Shown: positions 55,601 through 64,000 of the stretch, one piece after another
Position numbering within the stretch: the first letter of the stretch is position 1
Layout of the letters: each line of letters begins with the position of its first letter
Assembly (NCBI GenBank): GCA_039188575.1
Contig: JBCCYY010000010.1
Span: 4,836-68,835, forward strand
Reading direction: 5' to 3'
Source: Planctomycetota bacterium
Lineage (GTDB): Bacteria > Planctomycetota > Phycisphaerae > Phycisphaerales > Phycisphaeraceae
Length of the DNA stretch: 64,000 nucleotides
Made by a program: the position numbers and the translations under genes
Notes under the pieces: generated by a model
The model's input: the letters and a program-made list of their open reading frames with translations, nothing else
Databases searched by the model: none
What the model was told of the DNA's origin: nothing

Positions 55601-56479
55601 CTACTTGATCGCGTTCATCGCTTTGCGGATCGATTTGATCTCCTCGCGGATCGCGGGGCCGTCGATGGTGTCGCCGGCGAAGGCGTCGATGATGGCACGG
55701 ATACGGGCTGACAACGTCGAGTCCCTCGCGTCCAGGGCGGACAGGGCGGCGGGGTAGGTGTCCAGCTTCTTCTGCATGGCCTCGCTGGACTGGATGCGTA
55801 CATCGAGGGCGAAGTCGCTGCGGGTGAACTGGCTGAGCTGGACGAGCAGGTTCTCGACGCCAAGGAGTTGCTGCGACCGGGCGGGGTCGGCGCGTGGGGA
55901 GGGGTCGGGCACCGGCCCGGGTGTCGGCGGGGTAGCGTCCAGCGTCGTGTCGGGTGTATCGAGTTCGTTGGGGGTGCGGTCGGCGAAGGGGGCGGGGTCA
56001 TCGGAGATGCCCAGGCCTTCGAAGATCTTGCTCTCTGAGTCGGTGGAGCGGTTACCAGGCTGGTTGGGGCTGTTGCTGGCAGCGTCGTCATCGAAGGGAT
56101 TTTCGGTGGTGTCCGCGGTGTCCGGGGCCTGGTTCATCTGCCAGTAGATGAGGTAGCCCCCGCCCGCGACGCCGGAGAGGACGACGGCCCAGACGATCAG
56201 CGCGGTGGTGCCCTTGGCGAAGGAGGCAATGCAGCCCGGGCCCTGCTTGCGGGGCTTAGAGGCTTGCGGGGCGGCATGGCCTTGCTGGGCCTGGAGGGCA
56301 AGGAGCTGATCGATGATAGCGGAGGCTTGATCGGTGCCGAGCTTGATGTAGTCGAAGCGGTAGCCGTGCAGCGCGAGGCCGGAGACGAGTTGCCGGATCA
56401 GCTGGAGCTGTTCCGGGGAGGCGGGTGCCTCGTGCTCTAGGCGTTCGGGAATCTCGATTTGGTTTTGCCGATCGGCCAT
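55601..56479 (-). CDS. hypothetical single-pass membrane protein
   Basis: 292-aa ORF with high-GC codon bias, one transmembrane helix (TALIVWAVVLSGVAGGGYLIYW) and a Pro/Asp-rich linker. Confidence 0.7.
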   Translation of the reverse strand: MADRQNQIEIPERLEHEAPASPEQLQLIRQLVSGLALHGYRFDYIKLGTDQASAIIDQLLALQAQQGHAAPQASKPRKQGPGCIASFAKGTTALIVWAVVLSGVAGGGYLIYWQMNQAPDTADTTENPFDDDAASNSPNQPGNRSTDSESKIFEGLGISDDPAPFADRTPNELDTPDTTLDATPPTPGPVPDPSPRADPARSQQLLGVENLLVQLSQFTRSDFALDVRIQSSEAMQKKLDTYPAALSALDARDSTLSARIRAIIDAFAGDTIDGPAIREEIKSIRKAMNAIK

Positions 56480-56487
56480 AGGCGGGT

Positions 56488-57039
56488 TCAGGGTAGGGCG
56501 GGGGTGTCGGTGGCGGGTCTGTTCGCGGCGCCTAGGGTTTCGTTGTTTCGTTCAAGCCATCGCGTCAGCGATTGGATGACGGGCAGGCTGGCCTCGGGGA
56601 ATGCGTAGTTGGTAAGGTCGTGCGGGGACACCCAGCGTACCTGATCGACCTCGAGCGCTTGGGGTGTACCCGCGATCCATCTACAGATGAACGGGATCAG
56701 CCTGACATGGGCGTGGTCGTAGTGGTGCTCGGCTTGCTCGAGTTGGTCGATCGGCTGGACTTCGATCCCGACCTCTTCACGCAGTTCGCGGATGACGGCC
56801 TTGGGTGCGGCTTCATTTGGCTCGACTTTGCCGCCGGGCAACTCCCAGTAGCCGCCGAGCACCTGCGCTGCCTTTCGTTTAGTAATCAGTACACGCGCTG
56901 GGCGTGCCGCGTCATGCTGGGAAGGGTGCGACTGTTCTTGACCAAGCGATGCTTCGCTTGGATATGACGACATTTTGTCCACAACTACCGCGATAGCCAC
57001 GTCTACGCATCGCTTGGACTGCTCATTAGGACACATCAC
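56488..57039 (-). CDS. Nudix hydrolase, MutT-like
   Basis: VDVAIAVV; Nudix box WELPGGKVEPNEAAPKAVIRELREEVG; Y.FPEAS.PVI. Confidence 0.85.
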   Translation of the reverse strand: MMCPNEQSKRCVDVAIAVVVDKMSSYPSEASLGQEQSHPSQHDAARPARVLITKRKAAQVLGGYWELPGGKVEPNEAAPKAVIRELREEVGIEVQPIDQLEQAEHHYDHAHVRLIPFICRWIAGTPQALEVDQVRWVSPHDLTNYAFPEASLPVIQSLTRWLERNNETLGAANRPATDTPALP

Positions 57040-57288
57040 CCCATCTTAGCGACTTGGTGTCTGGTCGAGCCTTTGCTATTTCACTCGAACAGTAAGGCTG
57101 CCATGGTGGGCTGGGCTTACCACCCACACGAAATTCAATCAACAAGCTATACGAGGCGTAAAGTGTTTATTTACATGGTATTATTAAATTTTGAGAAACA
57201 CCTGTACAGTGCATTGACAGGGGAGGAGCGATGCCGATACGATGGAAGGTGTCTCGTGATGAGACGTCTCACATTTTGGCCGTGGCGC

Positions 57289-57331
57289 GCCTCCGCTCAC
57301 AGGTTCGGAGCCCTGTGGCGGAGGTTTTTTT
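57289..57331 (+). terminator. strong intrinsic terminator with no clear protein gene directly upstream on the same strand
   Basis: GCCTCCGC-T-CACAGG / loop / CCTGTG-GCGGAGGT followed by a T run. Confidence 0.75.
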
Positions 57332-57576
57332 GTGCGCCTGGCGGTTAAAAAGCGATTACACGACTCAGAAATAAGCTTTTTCCACAATTTAATCGGGGCA
57401 TGATTTGGCTGTTCAGGCAAAGGATTTGGCCGCTATCACTGTGTTTATACAGACATGTCAAGCTGCCGAACAAATATCCAAACAAAATCCATTCAAAAGG
57501 ATTGACACTACTGTTTGATAGGTATAAGTTAGTGCGATCAATTACCAATCTTTTACCGATCAAGCGAGAACCCATC

Positions 57577-58248
57577 ATGCTAAGCATCCACACCATTGAC
57601 CGTGCGCTGGAATCCCGAGACTACGACCGCCTGCTTCGGGACCTCGGGCAGAATGGTCTGGTCATGCCTTTGCCCCTGCGTTTACAACTTGCGGAGTCGC
57701 CAGCTGGGGCGAAGGGGCTTGGGCTCCGTCGTTTGGTTGAGTTGACCTTCGGGCCGACGGCTCTTTCGAGACAGCTTGTTGAGAATTTGATCCGGTTACA
57801 AACGCCAGAAGGCGCGATCTTGGATGCCGCGGGTCGGCCAAGTTGTCTACTGATGTCCGCATTTGTGGCGGGGCTTGGGCGGGTGCTGCGTGACCATGGC
57901 ACGCGACTTTGCGATCATCTCGCTGTCGTGCAGTTAGCTTATGATCGGGCACTCGCTTGTCTTGCTGCGATGCAGCACGAGAATGCGCTGTTTTCGGGTC
58001 CTCAGGATCGCGATGAGCAGGATCGGCTTTTGACGTCAGCCTTTATCGGGTACCTACTTATCGATGCGCCGGGTTTTGCTGCCGTCTGTCGTGGCCATGC
58101 GTTGTTGTCGGCCCTTGAGGATTGTTTGGAGATGGCCCTGCCCGATTCATGTCAATTGATCAGCATGGCCAGACTCGCGCGCCTGACCCCGGTCGAGGCA
58201 GCCGCTTCCCAATCACACCAAGATGACCGCGTGCTGATGGCGGTCTAA
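57577..58248 (+). CDS. hypothetical helical protein
   Basis: 223-aa ORF from ATG 57577; no motif recognised. Confidence 0.6.
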   Translation: MLSIHTIDRALESRDYDRLLRDLGQNGLVMPLPLRLQLAESPAGAKGLGLRRLVELTFGPTALSRQLVENLIRLQTPEGAILDAAGRPSCLLMSAFVAGLGRVLRDHGTRLCDHLAVVQLAYDRALACLAAMQHENALFSGPQDRDEQDRLLTSAFIGYLLIDAPGFAAVCRGHALLSALEDCLEMALPDSCQLISMARLARLTPVEAAASQSHQDDRVLMAV

Positions 58249-58303
58249 GATCACTCGTTCCTGTTGTCTTCGTCATCTAAGCACAAGAATACAGGCGTGT
58301 GTT

Positions 58304-58335
58304 GATCGGCGTGGAACCGCTCCTCCACGCCGATC
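58304..58335. terminator. perfect 12-bp hairpin (possible terminator/REP)
   Basis: GATCGGCGTGGA-ACCGCTCC-TCCACGCCGATC, intergenic; no T tract on either strand. Confidence 0.35.
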
Positions 58336-58437
58336 CACCTGCCATTGGACTAATATAAAGATAGTCTATGTCAGCAAGGTTAAGTGTTCGATCTTGATTT
58401 ACTTGCAGGTAATCTGCCACTCGGCGACACTAATGTT

Positions 58438-59061
58438 GTGAACTTCCTGGCCCATCTGGTTCTTGCGCCGCAGACCCCTAAGGGTCTGATCGGTGCGATC
58501 GCTCCAGATATGATCCGTGGCCCCTTGCCTGCGGACTTGCACGAATCCGTCATGTTGTCTGCCCAGGAGCATCGGAGTATCGATCGTTTTACCGATCTAC
58601 ATCGCGGGTTTATTCAAACACGCGATCGGCTTCGTACATTTGTTCACCCTAGACTCACGGGCGTACTCGCGGATATTCTTTACGATCACGTATTGGCCCG
58701 CGACTGGGTGCATTGGCGTGAAGATAACTTCGCCAATTATGTCTCAAATGTCGAAGCCGGCCTGATCGCGGCGCTGCATCAAGTGCCCGATCAGATGCGG
58801 CTCGTGGTGAAGAAGATGATCGATGAGCAGTGGCTGATCAGTTATGCCACGGCCGATGGCATTTGTGCAAGGCTAGAAACGATGTCCAGGCGCCTGACCG
58901 CCCGTGTCGGGAGACCGATGTCGCTGGTCATCTCGGGGCAAGACCTGCAAACGATCTACAAACACATCGTTACTGATTTCGCTTTGCTGTGGCCCGACCT
59001 GCTGGATCATGTTGAGCAACGAAGGATCAAAAGGTACGAATGCTTCGCTGATCCGTTTTAA
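58438..59061 (+). CDS. acpH: acyl carrier protein phosphodiesterase (DUF479)
   Basis: GTG start, NFLAHL.L...G...PD..RG, HRSIDRFTD.H, D..YDH.LARDW. Confidence 0.8.
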   Translation: MNFLAHLVLAPQTPKGLIGAIAPDMIRGPLPADLHESVMLSAQEHRSIDRFTDLHRGFIQTRDRLRTFVHPRLTGVLADILYDHVLARDWVHWREDNFANYVSNVEAGLIAALHQVPDQMRLVVKKMIDEQWLISYATADGICARLETMSRRLTARVGRPMSLVISGQDLQTIYKHIVTDFALLWPDLLDHVEQRRIKRYECFADPF

Positions 59062-59064
59062 AGA

Positions 59065-60174
59065 ATGGGAGTTGTTTTGAAACCGATAGCGCATCATGTT
59101 TTTCTTTTCATCGTGCTGCTGATGACGAGTCATACAGTACTCGCACAAATGGAAGTACCGGCTGAGGCCGATCCACCCCGTCCCGGCACGGTCAAAATCT
59201 ATTGGGAGAATGATGGCACCTTCCACGACCCGTTCGATAGCTACGACCGTCACTACACCAACGGTTTTGCCGTCGTGCTCGAACATCAGCCCCAGTGGGC
59301 GGATGATCTCGCGCCTTCGATGCCGCTGAGTAATCGCTTCGAGCGGCGTCATGGGCAGGCCAAGACCGGCGCGGGTTACCAACTCGCACAGCTGATCTTC
59401 ACCCCAGCGAACCTCAGCGCGACCGGGCCGATCTCTACCGACCGGCCGTACGGCGGATACCTTTACGGCGGCGTGTTCTGGCAGCGCGAGGGCCAGTACG
59501 AGGGGCGTCAAGACCTGGCCGTGCTCGATCATTTCGAAGTCAACCTTGGCATCGTCGGCGAAGACTCGCTGGCCGAGGACATTCAGGACTGGGTGCACGA
59601 GAACTTTACCGGTGTCGATCCGCTGGGATGGGATAACCAGGTCGGCAACGAGGTGACTGGGCAGTTTTTCTTCCGCCGCAAGTGGCGTAAGGACCTTGGC
59701 TCGGTCGAGTCTGCGCTGCTCGGGGACCTGGAGATGCAGGTGATCCCGCAGGCGGGCTTCGCGCTAGGCACGGTATACCGCTACGGCGAAGCGGCGGTGA
59801 CCTTCCGCATCGGCCAGCAGCTGCCCGATGATTTCGGCCCTGGCCGGATTAACGACTTGCAGTCCGTTACCGGCGATCCCTACAGACATACGGGCTGGTC
59901 GTGGTACGCCTTCGGTCGATTGGGCGGCCGGCTTGTTGAGCACGACCTCTTTTTGGATGGATCGGATTTCGAGTCTTCGCCCGTGACGGTTGATAGCGAG
60001 CCGCTCGTCGGCGAGGTGCAGGCGGGGCTTGCGGTCAGTTACCGTCCGAACATCAACCACCGGTTCGACCTGAGCTGGGGCGTGACGTTCTCGACAGACA
60101 CGTTCGACGCGCCCGGTGCTACGGGGACCGAGTCCTATGGCACGTTTGTCTTCAGCTGGACAAAGACTTTTTAG
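59065..60174 (+). CDS. LpxR/DUF2219-family outer-membrane beta-barrel (lipid A deacylase family)
   Basis: YWENDG..DRHYTNG, QLIFTP, DRPYGGYL, GWDNQV, C-terminal aromatic beta-strand FSWTKTF. Confidence 0.8.
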   Translation: MGVVLKPIAHHVFLFIVLLMTSHTVLAQMEVPAEADPPRPGTVKIYWENDGTFHDPFDSYDRHYTNGFAVVLEHQPQWADDLAPSMPLSNRFERRHGQAKTGAGYQLAQLIFTPANLSATGPISTDRPYGGYLYGGVFWQREGQYEGRQDLAVLDHFEVNLGIVGEDSLAEDIQDWVHENFTGVDPLGWDNQVGNEVTGQFFFRRKWRKDLGSVESALLGDLEMQVIPQAGFALGTVYRYGEAAVTFRIGQQLPDDFGPGRINDLQSVTGDPYRHTGWSWYAFGRLGGRLVEHDLFLDGSDFESSPVTVDSEPLVGEVQAGLAVSYRPNINHRFDLSWGVTFSTDTFDAPGATGTESYGTFVFSWTKTF

Positions 60175-60977
60175 CGCTCGCGGTAGTACGCTGTGACGTT
60201 CACGGTTGCGAGCCGGTGCATTAGCGGCAGCTTGAGCAGGGTATGGTCGAGTTTGTGCAGTGTCACGGCGAGTTGCCATCGGTTGGGCCAGAGACGCCAT
60301 ACGCGGGAGGTGAGTTGGAAGTGGCGGGTTTGCATCCGGTCGAATGGTTCGCCGAAGCGTCGCATGTCGTGGTCGGTAAGAGGTCGTTCGTCATCCGTCA
60401 TATCGTCGATGGCGAAGGGGACGCACCGTCGGAGGAGACCAAGTGTATTTGAGTTGAGAACAGGCTCGGCGAAGACAGCAGAGCCGCCGGGATTCAGCCT
60501 GTCGTAAATCCGCTGGCCCAGCGTGTCCATGTCGGGCAGGTGGTGCAGCGCGGCGTACCCGACGATGTGGTCAAACGTTTCGCCTGGGAACGCTTCGTCG
60601 AAGTCGCCTGTGACCTGGGTGCGGAGTTGGTCGGCCGTGTCATTGATTTGGCAGCGTCGCTGGACCATCTCGATTGATTTGGGTGAGAGGTCGTAGGCGG
60701 CGAGGTCGGCGCCGTTGTGGGTCAGGATGGCGGCGTCGATGCCGTTTCCCGCGGCGATCTCCATGACGGACTTGCCTTTGAGTGGGGCGAGCAGGTGGTA
60801 GTAGTACTCGCGCGGGAAGACCGTGTTGGAAGGCGGGCTGGCGTAGCGGACCTGATCGTAATCCGAAAGGGCTGCGATGCCCTGCTCGGCCTCGTCGGTG
60901 TAGTGCTGATCGAAGTGTGTTTGCTCGCGAGCAAGCAGATCGGGATCGATCGTTGGTTGGGGTTGGATCGTGGTCAT
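60171..60977 (-). CDS. class I SAM-dependent methyltransferase
   Basis: VMEIAAGNG, AYDLSPKSI, FDHIVGYAALHH, LNPGG.AVFAEP. Confidence 0.85.
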   Translation of the reverse strand: MTTIQPQPTIDPDLLAREQTHFDQHYTDEAEQGIAALSDYDQVRYASPPSNTVFPREYYYHLLAPLKGKSVMEIAAGNGIDAAILTHNGADLAAYDLSPKSIEMVQRRCQINDTADQLRTQVTGDFDEAFPGETFDHIVGYAALHHLPDMDTLGQRIYDRLNPGGSAVFAEPVLNSNTLGLLRRCVPFAIDDMTDDERPLTDHDMRRFGEPFDRMQTRHFQLTSRVWRLWPNRWQLAVTLHKLDHTLLKLPLMHRLATVNVTAYYRER

Positions 60978-61119
60978 CGCTTAGTGAGATATCGACCTGC
61001 CCCGTATTTGTGGGCGAAACGATTGACCCACATGTGCTCTTGACAGATCATTATCGGAACCGGGCTCGATTCCACTGTCGGGCGGATGATCTCGACTGCT
61101 CATCGAAAGGAGCCATGTC

Positions 61120-61821
61120 ATGACTGTTCTGATTCGAAATCTGATGGTGATCGGCTGTGTGCTGTTTATTGCAGGCCAAGCGGTTGCAGAAGAAGAGCCG
61201 CGGACGATCTATGTGTCCGGCACGGCCGACATCGAGCTTCAGCCAGACATGATCAATTGGGAGGTCGATCTCCGTGACAGCGACCTTGATCCGCTGGAGG
61301 CGAAGAAGATGAATGACGAGCGTTTTGAGGCGCTGTTGAAGCTAGCTAAGGACCTTGATATTGATCCGAGCGATGTGGTGATCGGGGAGGTCTCGATCGA
61401 CAAGAAGTTCACGCGGAACAAGGAAAACGAGTATATCTTTACGGGCTACATCGTCGCGCGCGAGGTTGTGGTGGTCCAGCGGGACTTCGATGATTTCGAC
61501 GAGATGCTGGAGCGTCTGGCGGGTTTCAAGGCCGAGTTTTATGTCAGCTATGGGTCGACGGAGGTGCGTGAGGCCAAGCGCAAGGCTCAGCTTGCAGCGG
61601 TTCAGGCGGCCCGCGAGAAGGCCCAGGCCATCGCGGAGGTGCTGGGCCAGCGCGTCGGGCACCCGTTAAGCATCACAGACCATGATGTCGATATGGGTTT
61701 TGACCTGAATGACGCGCTCAGCAACACCGCGAGTGGAGGCGGAGACCGCGATGGCACGCGGTACGGATCGATCAAGGTCCGCTCTGGTGTTGATATCCGC
61801 TTTGAACTATTGGATCAATGA
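61120..61821 (+). CDS. SIMPL (DUF541) domain protein
   Basis: Signal peptide; RTIYVSGTADIELQPD, AVQAAREKAQAIA..LG..VG. Confidence 0.85.
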   Translation: MTVLIRNLMVIGCVLFIAGQAVAEEEPRTIYVSGTADIELQPDMINWEVDLRDSDLDPLEAKKMNDERFEALLKLAKDLDIDPSDVVIGEVSIDKKFTRNKENEYIFTGYIVAREVVVVQRDFDDFDEMLERLAGFKAEFYVSYGSTEVREAKRKAQLAAVQAAREKAQAIAEVLGQRVGHPLSITDHDVDMGFDLNDALSNTASGGGDRDGTRYGSIKVRSGVDIRFELLDQ

Positions 61822-63845
61822 AGCGAAAACACCTCGATTACTGGATTGCCTTGCTGTTGACGCTCGCCGGGGCGTATTCGACGCAGACGGTTGCGCAGCC
61901 GATCGATGTGCGGATCGACCGCGACCCAGCGGTAGAGGACTACGACTTCTCGTGGGTCTACTGGTTCGAGACGCACGGTCAGCGTTACTTACGCGAGGCG
62001 GTGGCGGAAAAAGCATTGCCCTGGGATACGCCTGCTTCGCGACGCTGGCGGGGGCAAGTGATCGAGGCGCTTCTACCAATGCTGCAGGATGACGATGCGG
62101 GCGTTCGCGCAGCGGCGGTGCTCGCATTAGCCAAGATTGGCCATGAGGGCTTACTAGAGGAAGTGCTGCCTGGGGGTGGGGGGAAGCTCAACCTGCTACT
62201 CGATGAGTCGGGTGATGTACGACTGTCGGCGTGGGTATCGCTAGGTTTGCTGCAGACGGATGCGGCGCGGGCGGCGTTAGGTGTTGAGCCGTTGGAGGGG
62301 CTTGAAGAGATCGACCGGGTTGGCCAGGCGGTGGCAATCGGACTGATGACGAAGCTCGATCGTGTACACGCCAAGTGGCTGCTGGGCAGGCTGGAGGATG
62401 CCGGTGAGTCGCTGGAGGTCAAGCGCTGGTGTGTCTGGGCAATGACCCGGCACGATGACGCATCGGTGGATGAGGCGTTCGATACGGTGCTCGTCAGGCT
62501 GCCCAGCACGTTCATGATCAACGAGGTGCTGGCCAATCGGGCTTATGTGGAGCGGCGGGGCGGGTCGAGATGGCTCGGCGATGTGCTGCGCTACCACCCG
62601 GACATGCGTGGATGGCAGGGCTACCGGTCGTTATCGGCGATGCCCGCGGCGGGTTTGAACGGGAGCACACCGCGGCGCCTGGCGGTGGAGACGCGCGTTG
62701 GCGCAGCGCTGGCGATCGGGGAGCAGCCTGTACTCAGCGATGAAGAAGACCGGGTGTCTCTGCTCAGGCAGCTCCACCGACGGATGGTTCCTGGCAACTC
62801 GGCTCAGGTGATGGACTTTAATCGTGGCTTCGACACGCTTGCCTACTTCATGCATTGCAAAGGGACGCAGGACGATCGCGATCTGCTGTACAACCAACTC
62901 CGCGGCTTCGCATCGCTGCGGAAGGATGATCCGGGTGTTTTGGAGAAACTCGAAGAAGGTGAGGAGCCTTCAGAAAAAGACTTGTTTGTTCGGCAGTCGG
63001 ACAACGAGCTGCGCGGATACGCGGCGATCGCGGTGGGGCTGCTGATCCGGCGGGCGACCGAGGGCACAGTGCTCCACGAGCAGCGGCCGGTCATCGTGAG
63101 CCGGGCGATCGAGATCGAACGCCTGAAGCGGCGGTTTGGCCGCCGGCTCATGCGGGCGGTCGCGGATGACAGCGAGCCCGTGTCATACCGTGCTGCATGT
63201 GCACTCGCGTTGGGCCTTAGCGGTGATGAGCGCTACCGGGAAGAACTCGCGATTGAGTTAGGCCAATTGCGGACGGGTGATGAGGCCGTGCTGGGGTACG
63301 GTTTGTTGGCGCTGTCGATGCTAGGGGAGGACCGAGTGTCTGGCCCGGCTTTACGCTACTTGACCCGGCCCGGGCGCGTGCTTGGGGTCGGCGATCAGCT
63401 GGGGCGTCGCGCAGTGCTGCGTGCATTGGCGGTGCTTGATCAAGCGGGTGGTCCGGCCTTTGCTGATATCTGGGGCCGCGACCCGTGGGTCAGCCTGCAC
63501 GCCGCCGAGGCAGCGGCTTGGTCTGGTCAGTACGACGCGGTGCCGGCGATGATCAATGCGCTTCAGAGCGAATCGGTGGCGTGGCGCAGAACGGCGGCGA
63601 TATCGCTCGGCCGAGTGTTTGAGGCGTCGTGGCCCTCGCGGTTGTCGGGTCTGACCGATGGCAGCAACCCGACGCTGTCGCTGAGGCCAGCCGTTGAGTT
63701 ACAGCCCGACCGTATCGTGATCAAGGACACTAATTCGCCGACCCGGCCTGGTGCGTGGTGGCCAATGGGCCGCGTCTACGCGCTGGACAACCCGTTCTTT
63801 ATCGTGATGAAGCGGGGTGAGTTTGAGCAGCCTGCAGGAGAGTAG
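61818..63845 (+). CDS. secreted HEAT-repeat protein
   Basis: Signal peptide; LQDDDAGVRAAAVLALAKIG, RAACALALGLSG, WRRTAAISLGRV; ATGA-coupled to the SIMPL gene. Confidence 0.75.
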   Translation: MKRKHLDYWIALLLTLAGAYSTQTVAQPIDVRIDRDPAVEDYDFSWVYWFETHGQRYLREAVAEKALPWDTPASRRWRGQVIEALLPMLQDDDAGVRAAAVLALAKIGHEGLLEEVLPGGGGKLNLLLDESGDVRLSAWVSLGLLQTDAARAALGVEPLEGLEEIDRVGQAVAIGLMTKLDRVHAKWLLGRLEDAGESLEVKRWCVWAMTRHDDASVDEAFDTVLVRLPSTFMINEVLANRAYVERRGGSRWLGDVLRYHPDMRGWQGYRSLSAMPAAGLNGSTPRRLAVETRVGAALAIGEQPVLSDEEDRVSLLRQLHRRMVPGNSAQVMDFNRGFDTLAYFMHCKGTQDDRDLLYNQLRGFASLRKDDPGVLEKLEEGEEPSEKDLFVRQSDNELRGYAAIAVGLLIRRATEGTVLHEQRPVIVSRAIEIERLKRRFGRRLMRAVADDSEPVSYRAACALALGLSGDERYREELAIELGQLRTGDEAVLGYGLLALSMLGEDRVSGPALRYLTRPGRVLGVGDQLGRRAVLRALAVLDQAGGPAFADIWGRDPWVSLHAAEAAAWSGQYDAVPAMINALQSESVAWRRTAAISLGRVFEASWPSRLSGLTDGSNPTLSLRPAVELQPDRIVIKDTNSPTRPGAWWPMGRVYALDNPFFIVMKRGEFEQPAGE

Positions 63846-63850
63846 CTGGG

Positions 63851-64000
63851 TCAGCTCGCGCGGTACCGGCCGCCATCTTTAGTGACGCCTTGCCTATTCG
63901 CCGCGCGGTGTTCAAGGATGTGGTACACCGTTTCGACTGACTCGGGGCTGCCAATCATCTCGGCCAGCTCGTCCGCGGAGAAGAGCGTCTTCCGCTTGTT
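63851..64000 (-). CDS. pgi: 3' end of a gene, probably glucose-6-phosphate isomerase (cyanobacterial/planctomycete type)
   Basis: Hand translation: NKRKTLFSADELAEMIGSPESVETVYHILEHRAANRQGVTKDGGRYRAS*. The ETVYHILEH.AAN segment resembles the Pgi C-terminal extension; only 49 aa are visible. Confidence 0.45.
   Translation of the reverse strand, partial: NKRKTLFSADELAEMIGSPESVETVYHILEHRAANRQGVTKDGGRYRAS

Noticed and set aside
238-63426. The many 60-300 aa ORFs overlapping the called genes on the opposite strand or in other frames (e.g. 17027-17965, 20833-21963, 24560-25717, 27065-28033, 44494-45471, 45329-46501)
   Set aside because: These are shadow ORFs typical of high-GC DNA: Arg/Ala/Pro-rich or antisense-like composition, no motifs, and fully overlapping well-supported genes.

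Overview
GC-rich bacterial window, most likely from a planctomycete (probably class Phycisphaerae). The evidence is five PEP-CTERM proteins, three FTLIE prepilin-type proteins, six PQQ-like beta-propellers, a DUF1552/DUF1592 pair, an ECF sigma/FecR pair and planctomycete-type REP elements. Layout: (1) 1-7.6 kb is an island edge with an integrase 5' end, a degenerate tRNA-Pro, gene debris (sulfatase, DUF6288) and a 1965-aa DUF4011-helicase-nuclease-DUF3320 (Hhe-like) defence gene. (2) 7.7-29.5 kb is a 17-gene, tightly coupled minus-strand operon under a divergent MarR with a visible operator and promoters. It encodes a chorismate-lyase-like protein, a flavin-dependent halogenase-family protein, a HemN-like radical SAM enzyme, an EhpF/GriC + EhpG/GriD-type two-component carboxylate reductase, an Fe-alcohol dehydrogenase, an aryl-CoA ligase, a 4HBT thioesterase, a GT4 glycosyltransferase, three PQQ-like propellers and three transport systems. 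This is the best candidate for an undescribed system: a PKS/NRPS-free pathway for a modified aromatic (4-hydroxybenzoate-derived) metabolite or cofactor. (3) 30-55 kb is an accessory surface and glycan-use region with PEP-CTERM + prepilin modules, propellers, an ECF/anti-sigma pair, and a chimeric esterase/DUF6288 gene whose complementary halves appear as fragments elsewhere in the window. (4) 55.6-64 kb holds housekeeping-like genes (Nudix, acpH, LpxR-like, methyltransferase, SIMPL, HEAT protein, probable pgi 3' end) plus a candidate sRNA/attenuator. No CRISPR array or rRNA was seen. All family assignments come from motif recognition and memory; no database searches were run.
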